A stretch of DNA of 64,000 bases from Chara braunii. Lineage: Eukaryota > Plantae > Charophyceae. Both the position numbers and the translations under genes were made by a program. The stretch covers positions 2,928,877 through 2,992,876 of the forward strand of contig BFEA01000002.1 of NCBI GenBank assembly GCA_003427395.1, in the 5' to 3' direction. The notes beneath the pieces are model-generated. The model did not search any database and was not told where the DNA came from. It worked only from the letters and a program-made list of their open reading frames with translations. Below, piece by piece: positions 20,889 through 33,844 of the stretch; position 1 is the stretch's first letter; each line of letters starts with the position of its first letter.

Positions 20889-22050
20889 TATGTTATATCA
20901 TGCTTTCTGGTGTGCTTTAATTCTCGGTCGATCGTGAGAGCCTGAGGTATCCGGAGTATCGCGAGTACTGGGAAGGTAAGCATCTCAGACGACGAGGAAA
21001 CTTGAGAAACCCGGAATTCCCCTGTCTAACGGAGAACGACCGACTTTGCGAGGGTGATTTCCACTGGGCCTGGGGCCATAACCAGCGATCCTAGGGGGCC
21101 AGACTATCCAGACACTGACAACACTCAATATTACATATCTCCGGGCTTCGTCGTTATTAATACCAGTTTCCCTCTCTTCCATCTCCTCCTTCCCTATCAC
21201 CAGCTCACAGTGGTACCGTGGAATTCCATAGCTCGCTATTGGCCCCGCCCATCGTGCGAAGAGTGCCAGCGGTACCAGGCGTACCGGGCTTCGGGATTTA
21301 TCCGACAAACCCGAACCGAAGCTGAGCAGTGATTACACAGCCTCCGCTTGCGGCCAGCCTCGTCGGATTCTGAAGCTTATTACGAGCGGAGCCGACAACT
21401 GTTCGCCCAACGCGACAGCCATGGTGTCCCACCGGTCCACCAGATAAGGGACCGGCCACGGCGACGCAACTGGTAGAGACCATAGCCCCATCCCCGAAGG
21501 CTGAAACGCCAGATACGATCTTCGCGTACCATCTTGCACCGTTGTCCCTAAACTTGCCACCGTAGATCTCAGTTCCGACCTGGGACTCCACCCCCACTTC
21601 CCTAAAATCCTTGGCACACCCCCTTTTCGCTCTTTCGGGGCCCCATCCCACTCCGATCAGGAAGTCGCGCTGGGCGTGAGGTTGGGCGTCACAAGTGGGA
21701 TCCGAAATGGCTTTTCCGTTCCTCAGGGGGGCGTGCCCGCCCAAGGCGGTTCTTTTTGGTTCTTCCCAAAAAGAAAAGTCGACGGAAAAAGCCATGTCGG
21801 ATCCCAATTGGCCAACAATGCCAGGACCTTTACGATTTTGGCGGTGGGCCAAGGGCAAACGAGAACTTCTCTTCTTTTTGGAGAGAACCAGAAAGAACCA
21901 CCTTGGCGGGGGGCGCCCTCTGAGGAACGGAAAAGCGATTTCGGTTCCCACTTGGCCAACAATGCCGGGACTTTTACGATTTTGGCTGCGGGCCAAGGGG
22001 AAAGGAACGTGCTGTCACACAGAGGAAAGGACCACGTAGCCCAGCGGATA
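20888..22050 (+). mobile_element. Unclassified repeat element carrying a degraded small CxxC ORF (copy 1), with internal direct and inverted repeats
   Basis: ORF 21054-21332, plus the continuation past its TGA, is homologous to 33845-34378(-). Shares flanking DNA motifs with that copy. Inverted repeat about 21698-21764/21884-21950; direct repeat about 21798/21942. Boundaries approximate. Confidence 0.6.
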
Positions 22051-22074
22051 TCGAAAAAAAAAAAAAAAAAAAAA

Positions 22075-22277
22075 GGGGAAACTACGTGGGAGTCACAAAA
22101 ATGAGTTATAATTACACTATGTGACTATGGGCCAAGATTCAGTTTCAAATTGCAGTTTGAGCCATGTATACAACCCAGCTTTCTGGCCAGGTAGGGTGCC
22201 CAAAGTGCAATTGCGAACTGTATCTTGCCCCATACTGCAATTATAACTCCTTTTTGTGACTCTACTGAAGTTACCCC
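22075..22277. mobile_element. ~200 bp MITE (long TIR starting GGG, Mutator-like), copy 1
   Basis: Foldback GGGAAACT..GAGTCACAAAAA..GAGTTATAATT / AATTATAACTC..TTTTTGTGACTC..AGTTACCC; second copy at 24177-24370. Confidence 0.75.
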
Positions 22278-22739
22278 CCCCCGAAAAAAATGTCGGCCTT
22301 CTTTTTAGGAGCAGTAACGGCCATGAGCTTCTTTTGGTTTTCGGTAGAACTACTGCGGCATGAGTCGCGGACCAACTGCCACATAGACATTTGTTTCCAC
22401 TCCCCTCTGAGACCAATGGGGAGACCTGAGAAAGCGGGATCCCAGAAAATGCCACTTCTACCCCAAAAGAAGAGTAGTCGGATCAGCCTCCTAGGCCAGC
22501 GTCAAGCTCATGCTCTCAAACAAGGGTAAGTCGAGCTCCCTCTCCTCAATAGATTGGAGTTATCAGCCAGAGCCCCTCGATACCAGACGCACTCTTATCG
22601 CTCTGGTACCGCAGAGGCTACACAGATGTTCTAATTAAAAAAATAAAATAAAGAAAATCACTCCAGCAATAGGGGGGCCTTCTCCCCCAACAGCTCCGGG
22701 TCAAGTGTACCCCACCGGTGGCTCCCAACCGCCATCTGA

Positions 22740-23502
22740 GTATGCCGCCAGTGTTGAAAACTAAGGGCGAGATTGTACTAGTAGGAAAGAGGATTGGATG
22801 GAATCCCTGAATCTGGACGTGACCGTTGCAGAAAATAGCACATGCTCTGCTTTTATGCATCTCTACGCAAAACACTTCCAGATTCAGGCTTCTAATCCAA
22901 TCCTCTTTGGGGTCTTGCTGTAAGCAAGGGTATGCCGTCAGGGAACACACTTGTGATGATTGCGAACAGTGCGGCTGGCCTAGGGCACAAAGGCCTGGGT
23001 GCAGGATTAGGGGTGGACCCCACTGGCTGGGATCATGGAAAAAAATTGGTGCCGGATCGTTTTTGACACCCCACCGGTGTGGAAAACGGGTATGCAAAGT
23101 CATTCTGGACAGCATTTTCAGACCCGACTGGTTATGGAAAGAGGTTGCCGAAATGCTGACGGGGCGTTTCTACACGGTCGGCGGTCTGGAAAATTGCGGC
23201 CAAGTTCCGGCATTCCTTGTCCAAAGAGGGCGTCCAGCCGACAAGGGGGGAAGGGCATGTTCTCCGATGGCATCGGAGGAGATGAGAGTGTGGTCCAATC
23301 TACAGTTCAGGGGCCGTTTTGTGATGGACTGTCCTTACCGAACTTACCTATTCATCCCAAATGATCATAAATTATCATAAATTATCATCAATTGTCAATC
23401 ATCAATGTATTCCCATTATAAGGGACCCCGTTTCCAGCACGTGATGCTCCCCACGAATAGATTGGAGCAATTTTCTATAAAAAAAAAAAAAGAAAAAAAA
23501 AA
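22740..23502 (+). mobile_element. Degraded plus-strand LINE 3' fragment with tail motif and poly-A
   Basis: Cys/Trp-rich degenerate ORF remnant; motif at 23422-23468 (first hairpin partly deleted), followed by an A run. Confidence 0.55.
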
Positions 23503-24176
23503 AGGAGGGATGCCTTTGGGTTTTCCTTTTCAGGGAGATGGTGCCTCTTCCAGTGCCCGTTTTCGCCGCGGCAGTGGGCTCCCGAGGAAATCTGGCAAAT
23601 GCTTTGCAGACTCAGTTGGCCGTTTTTTGTGGCCATACTGCTTTTCCAGCGGCCGGCCAGTGGGGTCCACCCGTTACTCACAAGATGCATAAAGTGACTA
23701 ACTTATGTATCGTCATCACAAGGTGTAAATATATTCAGTCGCCATTATTGCTGTCGTTTTCACACTTGGCAAGTGGTGGAGCGAGGCCCAAAGAGTAAGG
23801 AGGGAGAGTGCACCTCATGCGTACTCCGTAACAGTCTGCAAGATGAGCAGTGACTACATCATGCAATCTGGACTACATTGAGAGAGACATTCGGACTAAT
23901 TGGACATTTTCAATGGATCGGGGCCACTATCAGGTCCACATAGATGTACAATGTTGTGCCGGGGAGCGAGGTGCTACATCATGCAATCATGCTGTCGTAT
24001 AGTGCGGCCTATAGCCCTTCTGCTCAACTCTTCAAGGGGAAACGACTTCAAACGAGTGAAAGAGGGCCTCGCTCCACCATTCGCCAAATCTGGAAAGACA
24101 GAAAGCAAGTACGGTGAGTGTACCATCTTCATCCTCTTTTTTTTAGAGAAAGCTACGGCTAGAAAAAATCATAGAA

Positions 24177-24370
24177 GGGGAAACTACGCAGGAGTCACAA
24201 AAAGGAGTTATAATTGCACTGTGGGCCAAAATACAGTTTCGAATTGCAGTTTGGGCAATGTATACAACCCAGCTTTCTGGCCAGGTAGGGTGCCCGAACT
24301 GCAATTGCAAGCTGTATCTTGCCCCATAGTGCAATTATAACTCGTTTTTGTGACTCTACTGAAGTTACCC
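24177..24370. mobile_element. ~195 bp MITE, copy 2
   Basis: Highly similar to 22075-22277, with long terminal inverted repeats. Confidence 0.75.
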
Positions 24371-24449
24371 TTATTATTTTTTTGACAAACGGCCAGTTTA
24401 TTATATCTGTGATAGCAACAGGAGGCCGGGAATCCCTCCACATCTCAAC

Positions 24450-25140
24450 CCGGATTACTGGGGCCAAAAAAAACCGCTTGCTTATGTCTTTCAAATTGCT
24501 GGAAACCGGGTCCAGCGTCCCATTAAACCAGCCTGAAAATAGCAACTGGACAAATGAAAAACTTTTTAAGAGGAACAGCAAGAGGTGGATAAGCTACTCA
24601 TCTAGCCTTCTCCTTGCAGTAGTATGAACTGTCTCATGGAAACAAGGATGTAAACTAGTCCATTTGGAGTATCATCTATGGTTGGCAGCTGTAAATCTTC
24701 CACTTCATCCCACAGATGTTTGGAGACCAAAGGATGTCCCTGTATTGAAAAGTAGATCCATTTGAAAGAGGAACCCCATGATCGTGGTGTGGAACTTCTC
24801 ATGGCTAAGTGAGGGAGGGGCTCAAAATTCCTGATTTTCCTCCACTCTGCCATTAATATTAGATTGCGAACTGCGAACTTGAATTTGTTTCTAATTGCTG
24901 AAGGAGACCGAAATTTCCTTTTAAATCTGCTATCTCTTCTAGCCATCCATAGTACCCAGAAGCCCAATACTGTAAATTTATTTGCTATCACTGTTCTGTG
25001 GTCACCTGCCTTTTTTTTTTTTTAAAGGGCCCAGTGCCCAAGGCTGATATTACCAATAAGAGGAATGAGGCCGGGGTCCTCACAGTCTGCCGGGAGAAAC
25101 AAAACCGAACTTGCTGAGAACCAAGCTCAGCGTCCCTCAT
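24450..25140 (-). mobile_element. LINE 3' fragments (ORF2 C-terminal remnant and two tail motifs)
   Basis: FWVLWMARRDSRFK (L1 C-terminal W..W..RN-like motif) in 24602-24991; tail hairpins at 24498-24521 and 25113-25136; T run about 25011-25023. Confidence 0.6.
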
Positions 25141-25299
25141 GTGGTGACTAAGATGATGATGATCCTGATGATGATGATGATGATCCAGATGATGATGATG
25201 ATGATCCTGATGATGATGATGATGATGCTGATGGTGATAAAAAATTGTATTAACTGTAGTAAGCTATGCTACATCAACAATTCTGGTCTCCTAATCCTA

Positions 25300-25670
25300 G
25301 AGCAACTTCTAGTCCTCCCTGTACCAGGACATTGTAAAACATGGACAATACCAACCTAACCAATGTCACCCATAGCTGATCTCTCCTCGCCACGGAGCAA
25401 CCCCCCCCGGTTCGCCAGTGGATTGCCTTCCCCCCTCGGCAACCCCCAGATCTCTCTACAAGGCCTCACGCTCCTGCCTGTGCAGGTTACAGGGCAACGC
25501 CCCAGCTCCAGCCAGCGTCGTTCTGGCATCGGCAAAACAGGGGCACAGAAAAGAACAGCTCTGCAGATATCAGTCCGGGTTCGACCATCCCTGAAATCCT
25601 ATATCCCGGATGTGGAAGAAAACTCGATGCAGCCCAAAAATTCCAGAACACCAGAAACCTTAATATAACA
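25300..25670 (-). mobile_element. Fragment related to the 3' part of LINE-F
   Basis: 25301-25534 is clearly similar to 31878-32140 (GAGCAACT.CTAG.CCTCCCT...GCCAGCGTCGTT.GGCAT.GGCAA). Confidence 0.65.
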
Positions 25671-25685
25671 TTGATGAGATAATGA

Positions 25686-25687
<2 letters not shown>

Positions 25688-25720
<33 letters not shown>

Positions 25721-28700
25721 CAACCCGAGAGGGTGCTAGGGGTGCTGGTAAGAGCAGACACCGCTAGCACTCCCGGGGAGGCTCCATCTATTGGTGGGGA
25801 GCATCACCTGCTGGAAACCGGGTCCAGCGTCCCATTTTTTACATATCGTTGGGAATGTCTTGTGCTGAGTAAAAAGGAGAAGACTGAGAAAACAAAAGTT
25901 AAGAAAACTGAGAAAAATTTAAGAAAGAAAAAAAATAGGCAAACTGAGCAACTGCCTATCCGTGTCTGCGCCTTTTCCCCCATAGCACAGTGGTCCGTTC
26001 TTTTTCTGTCCCCTCGATTCCTGCCCTGTACTGCCCGCTGTCTCGGGCCTCTAAAGCCTGACTTCCATTGCCAAGGGATGGGGGGGGAAAGGGTCTGGGA
26101 AAAACTCAGGGGCCCGCATGGGGATGCTGGGGTCTATTGATGTCCAGTCCTTGGAGGTGAGACGGTAATCTCGTGGGACTGATGCCTGCTGGTCTTCTTG
26201 TCTTGTCTGCCCATCACTGTCGTTGTCGCCCGACCACTGTACACTAGCCACCCATCCTTCTCTTGGACCGCCCAGCCATTCGTTGGCAAATTTGGAGATC
26301 TTTTCTGATATGTCTTTGGGCCTGTGGTGTGTGTCCAGCACCTGTTTCATTTCCCGCCATCTCTGCATAATCTCAAGCTGGAAGCAGTTTTTAAACTGTT
26401 CCTTCCTTTCCTCCCCTTCAACTCTGACTCCCTCCATTGTCAATGTGCAGCGCTGCCACCATAGAACCCATAGCACCGTCCTCCTTGCCAGAGCGAACAT
26501 GTTCCTTGCATAGTTTGTGTCCTGCAGACCTGGATGGTGGCCCAAGAGGAGTGCTCTCCAGTCCCATGGCCATGGTTGGTCCGGAACCATCTGCCTCCAC
26601 ACCCTCTCCCACCATCTCCATGTTAGGACTGTCGTCGGGCATTGCAGGAAGACATGTTCTATTGTTTCAATTCTCCTTTGGGATGGGAAGCTTTGGAGGC
26701 AGCGAAAACACCATGGATGAGCCCGTCCTTGTTGTTCCAACTGAGTATGGTCAATTATCCAATTATTTGTGGGAAGACAGCGGTGGGCAATCTGCCATTG
26801 AAGGGACGTGGTTTTGGCCGGTTTACACTTGTTGTCCTGAAACCATTTTATTGGGGATAACAGCTGCCTATCCACATTGAGGTGTTGCTGCCACCTATCG
26901 ATTACTACGTCCTGCACATTCCTTTTAACACGTAGCATCTTATATGTGGCTTTTACTGACAAGTTGTTAACAGTTTTCTGTCTGTTGTTTATTTGATTTG
27001 TCTTTTGTGAGGGGTGCCATTGCCATTCGGCGGGGTCNAGGGGGAGTTTTGATATTGGNGTGTCCGGCCTGTATGCTCTACGTTCATCCCCTTCCCCCAG
27101 GGTCCTGATCCTGTGAAGGGTCGCTTTGTCAATCCGTTCGAAAGACGCTCCACTGCTAATTAGTTCTCCCTTTCTCCCTGCCCTGTATCATTCTACCCAC
27201 ACGTCTGCCTGCTGCTCAACATGAACTTGTCCCACTCGGTGAGATTCTCCCTCCTTTATTACCCAGTCCCCTTCCTGTATTTTTGGACCTCTACGCAGGA
27301 TGGGTCGCCAGGCTAGAGGGAGTGCCTCTACAATCTCCCCCAACGATTCCTCAATGTTTCGACAGTATCTCAATTTGTCTCTCATTTGGTCCGGATCTTT
27401 TCAGTCCTTGCGTTCCCCATCCCAGAGGTCCCCTACTCTCATTACCCCCCTTTTTACCCATCCTTTCCACGGGGGATCCGAACTGCAAAAAATTTGGCTT
27501 CGAGAGTTGGTAATCCAACAATTTCCAAAGAGGGGTTGCCTCATTATTTCCTCCCATCTTTCGGGGGCCGGGCGCTGCGGGAGGGGTAGAGCTCTCCATA
27601 TTTTTATTATTCGCGGCCAAAAATCATCTTTTGTCCCCTCTATTGTTTCTGCCCCCCGTGCTCTTCTTGGTACTTTCCAATAGCGGTCGTCCAACCAGCA
27701 TAGAGGATCAACCGTTGGTGGGACTTCCGGTGCAAGTCGGGCAATTTGTTTCAGGGTCAGTGGTCTCCAAAGGAGTGGAAAGACCAGGATCAAACACAGG
27801 ATCCATTGTAGGCATAGTGCCTGTATTTGGGTCATCGGATCCAGAATACCCAGGCCCCCTTGGGCTTTGGGTTGTATCACCGAGTCCCAAGCCACCCGAC
27901 TGATGGTCGTTGCGTTTTCGCTGTCACCTCTCCATAGGTAGGCCGCCACCTTTCTCTTTAAGGATTTTTGGGCCGGTTTGCTAAGGAGCCACAAGACCGA
28001 TTTGTACCATAGGGTGACCAGTACTACATTATTGATCACTAGAGCCCTCCCAAAAAGTGATGTGTGTTTGTGATGCCACTAGAGGAGCTTTTGGAGAGTT
28101 GGAGATGCGAGTCACTTATCATTCTCAGTCGGGCAGCCTTTTGCAGTCATCTTGACTCCCAGGACCCGCACAGGTTCGTCCAGGTCCAACCATGTAATCT
28201 CAGGGAGTTCCGGTGGGCGGCCCCCTTGTTGGTGAAGCCACCAGCCAAGCGTTTTTTGTCCTCAGTTTACTGCCATATCCGAGAGCAAGCAGAAGCGATC
28301 TATTAGCCGCTGGATTTCTTCCATGTTGGAGGATCAAAATCGCAGGCATACCAGAATGACTTCTTCTGGTATGCCTGCGATTTTGATCCTCTGCAGGCTT
28401 TTGCTGTGCCTGAGGTTGGCTGCCAGGGCCTCCATGATGATAATGAAAAGGAATAGGGTTATGGGGTCCCCTTAGCGAACCGACCTTTAACGTCTGATTT
28501 CGGGCGCCAGAGTGCTATTTATCTGGACCCGGGTTGTCCCATTTTGGTGCAAGATCCTCACCCACCTTTGAAAGCAGGGGCCAAAATTCATTCGTTCGAG
28601 GCATTCGTCTAGGAAAATCCAGTCCACATGATCGTATGCTTTTTCAAAATCGATAAAGATAAAAGCTGCGTTGCATCCGGACTGGCACGAGAGTTTGATT

Positions 28701-31700
28701 ACTTCGTTGATTTGTAGGATATTTTTCTGGATGTTCCTATTTTGGATAAAGCCAGTCTGTGCCGGGTGAACTAGATCTTCAATTACTCCAATCATCCTAT
28801 TGGTCAGGGCTTTAGATAACATCTTGTAGACCACTGTCAGAAGGGTTATAGGTATGTAGTTCCGGATGTTCATTTTATCTCCTTTTTTGTACAGTAGTGA
28901 CAACACCCCTTGCCCCATCATCTCTCCCATGTTCCCACTTTCTCAGACCTCCTTATAAAATTGCATGAGGTCGTTGCTGAGTGTTGGTCACATGGTTTCC
29001 CAGAACTCTTTGGGGATTCCGTCGATCCCAGGTGTTTTCTCCTCTTCCATCTGTAAGAGCGCTGTCCATATTTCCTCCTTGCTCACGGTGAGTTCCAGTT
29101 TCTCTCTGCGTTTGGGTGAGATTGGTTTCCAAGGGACGTAGGAAATCGTCAATTGCGTTTATGCGGGAAGTCTCCCTTGCGTGTGGGATCTGCGAGGAGA
29201 AGAGCTCTTGGTAAAAGGTTCTTGCTATTTTTACACAATGTGTTGTGCTGGTAGCCACCTCCCCAGTCCGTGAGTCCAGGAAGGCCTCTATAGTAGTCAG
29301 GTGGGCTCTAATCGATGCTAGGCTAAAGAACTGCGAGTCCATAGTTCCCTCGGTGGTCCATTTAGATAACTTGCCTCTGATTCTGAGTCCTTGTCATCTG
29401 TGTTGTGCATATTGAAGAAGTTGGTTTTTTGAGTTGTTGGATGGTAGCGATGTGATCGTCCGAGTTGTCCTGGTTTACCAGGTCGTGAAGTTGTCTGTAA
29501 ACATTCAATTCTTACTGGTGGCGTGTGCTTGCTACTAGTTTAGAAAATTCTTTACGTTTTTTGGCTAAAAAGAACATCCCATTAGTGAACCACGTTATTG
29601 TTGAGTCAAACTGACCTTTCAGTCCTTGCCAATAGGCCCAGACATCTTGAAGGAAAGTCTGGAAGTTTTGGTTTTTTAGTAAGGAGACATTCAGTTTATA
29701 GTACCCCGGTCCTTTGTCCATTTTTTTCGGGAACGAAAAGATTGCCCCGCATGTACAATGGTCGAGGCCTAGGTGGGGACTTTGTGGAAAGATTACCGCG
29801 TACTGCAGAGCATTTTGAATCTCTTGTGAGGCAAGTACCAGATCGATACAAGATTTTGAATGTCTGGCCGGGTCATTTGTGCGTATACATGTGTAAGATC
29901 GGTCCGTGGGGTGGAGGAGCCGGAACATATCCACCAGTGTCAGGGCATTGCAGAAATCTGTGATTGTGTGCTCGTCCTCCTCCACCTGATGTGGGTAGGA
30001 TGCCCGTGGATTCCACCGGTCGAGCCATTTGTTGGGGGTTGCGTTGAAGTCCCCCGCTATAATCAGGGGTATTCCAGGCGGGACAAGGGAGGCCAGGTGC
30101 TAAAAAAAACTTTTTCTTTCTGCTGCCAAATTGGGTGCATATATGCCAAAAATGCAAATCAGTTCCAATTCCAGCATCCCCAAGACTGAGACCCAGCGTC
30201 CGTTCTCCTCATCGACGGCCCAGTTTATCATTTCAAATCTCGACTCCGGCGGGATCCAAATTGCAACCCCCGCCGATGCTGATGTTGGTGTGTGGGCCTT
30301 GTACACTTGGTAGGGCCAGGCCATTTATGAGTCCGGTGGTGTTCCGGCTTATCCATAAGGTGGGTCTCTTGGATGCAGACGGCGTCTGGCCATCTCCTCC
30401 CCCCTACGCCCCGTAACTGGTCCCATATTGCCTGTCGTTTCTCAGGGTTGTAGGAGGCCAGTCCGTTCACGTTCAGTGATCTCAGGTCCAAGTCTGCATT
30501 TTTTAGACCATTTGTCCATTTTATGTTTCTGCAGTATAGGGCTTTGAGTTCGTCCATAAGCTGTTCTGCAAAGTTGACCTCTTTTCTACTCCCCCCCCCT
30601 TTTTTTTTATACGATGTGCCAGTCCCTGTTGGACCAGTCCACTATGCAAAGGAGTCCGTATCATAGCACTCTTGCTACGCATGTCTGCACGTCCTCCTTT
30701 GCCCAGAAGGGGCTGGCCTTTACCTTGTGTAGCTGCAGATCCATTAAGGTGCTGTGGTTGAACCGGACCAGATCAGAGTCCTTGTCTTCTTCGAAAAGGA
30801 TGTACAGGTCTGTGTCTGCCATACGTATCAAGCCATCAAACTGGGCGGAGGTTGCTTTAGCCCCTATTGAAAAATGTTTGCTTATAAAGGACCGCACTTT
30901 GCCGTTGAAGTCCTTGTCCCTTAGAAACGGAAGGGACCACATGTTGTAGAAGGGCATTCCGATTACCGTGACCTCTCCTTCTATCGGGGAAAGGCCAATT
31001 TCCATCATGTCCCCCTCCCTTCTCAGCGGGATGGCCTCCTTTCGGATGAGCGGTTTTTCGTATTGTCCTTTTTCTACCAAGTTTCTCATCTTGTCTTGTC
31101 TCCCAGGTTCCTCTGATGGTTCCATTCTTCCTTTTTATGAATCTGCAGCTGTGCTCTGTTCAAGTTTGTGTTGTTCCCTTTCCTCCTCATCCGGTTCCAC
31201 CTCTCGTGTCCCAGTGTTTTTCCCCACCCCAGCCGGAGGACAGAAGTACAAGTGAGCAATGTGTCTGACACGCTGAAAGATTTCTGACCACGAGGTGTGC
31301 GGGAGGGGGCCACTGTCTAGGGCTTTCCTCAAGGTCTGGCTGCTGTCCAGCATATTGAAACACTGTACATAAGAGCGGTCCCAAAATTCAGGGGGGGCCT
31401 ATGTGTACCGGGCCTGGAGCCCCGCGATAAGCCAGTCCGCTATTGCTTGCAGCTTCTGTTCAATGTTCATGTCCGCAGGTGCAGCTTGGTCCTCGACTCC
31501 ATTGTCGTCGTGGTCTTTTTCCTTCATCTCGACATCCGGAGAGGGGGGGAGGGAGGTAGGGAGTTCTTCGATCTCCATGGGTTGGGGACCGAAGGCGTCG
31601 CTGAAGTGGTCTTTGGAGTCTGTACCTGTGTTCTCAGTCGGGGACTGCGTGATCTCAGCCTGGGCCTGCGTGGGGGGGGGTAAGGTCTCCTTTTGCGGTA
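25688..31700 (-). mobile_element. L1/Tx1-like LINE-C (related to LINE-A), 5'-truncated in ORF1
   Basis: T run 25688-25716, tail motif 25781-25833, ORF2 30557->26051, ORF1 C-terminal blocks 30661-31700. Confidence 0.9.
26051..30557 (-). pseudogene. LINE-C ORF2: APE + RT + zf-RVT
   Basis: MDELKALYC..SLNVNGL, CIQETHL, KSCIDL, IDFEKAYD, GGLGILDP, WCFRC..ETIEHVFLQCP. The catalytic FADD segment is replaced by an inverted duplication. Confidence 0.9.
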
Positions 31701-33844
31701 AGTGAAAATGTGTCGCCGAGACCGTGTACAGGCGGATGTAATGATGATGATGATATTGATGAAGATGATTTTGCTTTCTTTTTTTGGAGTTCTAGACAAA
31801 TTGACTGCACCACCTTTATTAGATCTAAAGGATTGTGAATACTATGCTATATCAGCTATTCCGGCTTCCTATTGCGAGAGCAACTCCTAGCCCTCCCTAT
31901 ACTGGGACACTGCTACTCAAAGATAGTACCCACCAAAGCAACATCAACCATAGCTGACCTCTTCTCGCCCCCGAGACTATCCCCGGCCCCAGAGGGTGTC
32001 AAGGCGGCCCTCCCAATTCGCCACGGGATTGCCTTCCTCCCTCGGCAAACCCCAGATCTCTCTACAAGGCCTCGCGTTCCTGCCGTGGCAGGTTACAGGG
32101 TAACACCCCAACTCCGGCCAGCGTCGTTTGGCATTGGCAAGTTGAGAGCTTAGCCACCCTGCGGAATAAATTGTCTTGTCCAAACTACCTCAGGTCCATA
32201 CCCCATGAACCACAAACCACTTAGACAGTCCCAGAAGCCTCTAGCCACGACACATTCCCACCACAAGTGATTTGAATTTTCAAAAGAATCGTGAGGACGG
32301 ATGTCGCAGGATGGATTTATCTGCATCCCTTTCTCTGCACACCAGTGAGCGGTAGGCACACTGGAGTGCATATGGAGCCACTGAAGAGCGTTGATCTTGA
32401 CTTCGATTATTCCCAGGATCATGTTGATGAAGATGCTCACCCATGGAGTGGGAACCGAGATCCCCACGGGTGTATGCGTCTTCCTCCAGTTATATTGACC
32501 TGCAGAGTGGAAGCCTTGGAGCGAAGAGCATAACCCAATTTGGGTTTGTACTCCGTGATTGGAATCTGAGTGGATTGTGCTGAGTGGTCTGAGAGCACCC
32601 AGCCAGCGCGCATCGCATCGGTTTTCCATTCCTTACAAGGAGCTTCATCCATTACAAGGAGAACCGTTGTTTACCTTTGTGAAGCTGGTTGTAGACTTTA
32701 TTTCCATCCAGTCGTCGTCTGGAGTAGTCGTGCGGCCTTGTTCAGTCTTGATCAGGGCAATCCGTCCTCGGCAAGATCTAGAGACTGTTGCCTGTTGATT
32801 GGTCTGAAGGGACTCAACTCTGTAGATAACGTCCCTTTGTTGTTGAAGTGTCCACCACGAGCGTGGTTTCCAAGGGGGTCCACTGGCTTTTAGGACCGTG
32901 GTCCATTGTGTGGGGATTGCTCTAGTTAAGCTCTCTCTATGTTCTACCATACCTCTGAGTCCTCCTCTGAGTATCATCTTGAGGTCTTCCACCGTTTTCC
33001 AATCTCCTCTTTCTTCGTTCCACAGGTGCCCCACCTGCCATATCCCTCGCTGCAGCCATTTCCTGGATAAATTCCCAGGCTTCTTTGAGACAGAGAAGGT
33101 GTTGCCAGAAAGGTCAGTAATGGAGGGATTATCAAACATATATGTGGACAATATTTCTCTTTTGTCTTGTGGGATCGTTAGTGTATACGGGAGCAGACGG
33201 CTCAATGCCTTCAGTATGGGTGACCATGTGCGGAAGTGAACAAAAGTGACCATTGGGTGGAGCAACAACGATTGCCAAACAGCGGAAGGGTCTGAGAGTG
33301 CCCATTCCTCCGTTAAAAGTGTTTGGGCTAGTATGATCCATGGTTGCGGGGGGAAGGAAGTAAGTAGTCTCACCGGCCATTTGGCCAGTAGCGCATCGTT
33401 CTTTTGTTCGGGGTCTAGAATGCCTAAGCCCCCGTGCTTCCTTTTTACTATTATTTTCCACCAGGCTACTTTATTAACACATTAGGGAACATTAGAGTCT
33501 CCTTTCGATGAATATCAGGTTAGCAGTTGCCTGATTAGTTTCATTGACGTAGGGAGTATCGGTCTTATTGATAATATGTACCAACCAGTAGAGAGTATGT
33601 GACGCGCAACCTCACGCCCTGTGCTGTCTTTCGTTCGGAGTGCTAAAGGTGCGGAATGAAGGCCCAGAAAAACATCAAGATGAGGTGTGCCAAGGATTTT
33701 TGGAAAATTGAGTGTGGGGACACACACAGAACTGAAATCCCCCGTGTTGGCCCGATGAAGTAAGTCGGTTGCTTTCGCGCCTCGCGGAATGCGCGCGCGG
33801 GCACGGCGCGAAAAGAGAAAGATCCAAATTCAATCCAACAAGTA

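Noticed and set aside
24037-24120. Possible host exon (pyrimidine tract-AG ... GTGAGT)
   Set aside because: Splice-like signals alone, with no recognisable protein or partner exons; needs RNA-seq.
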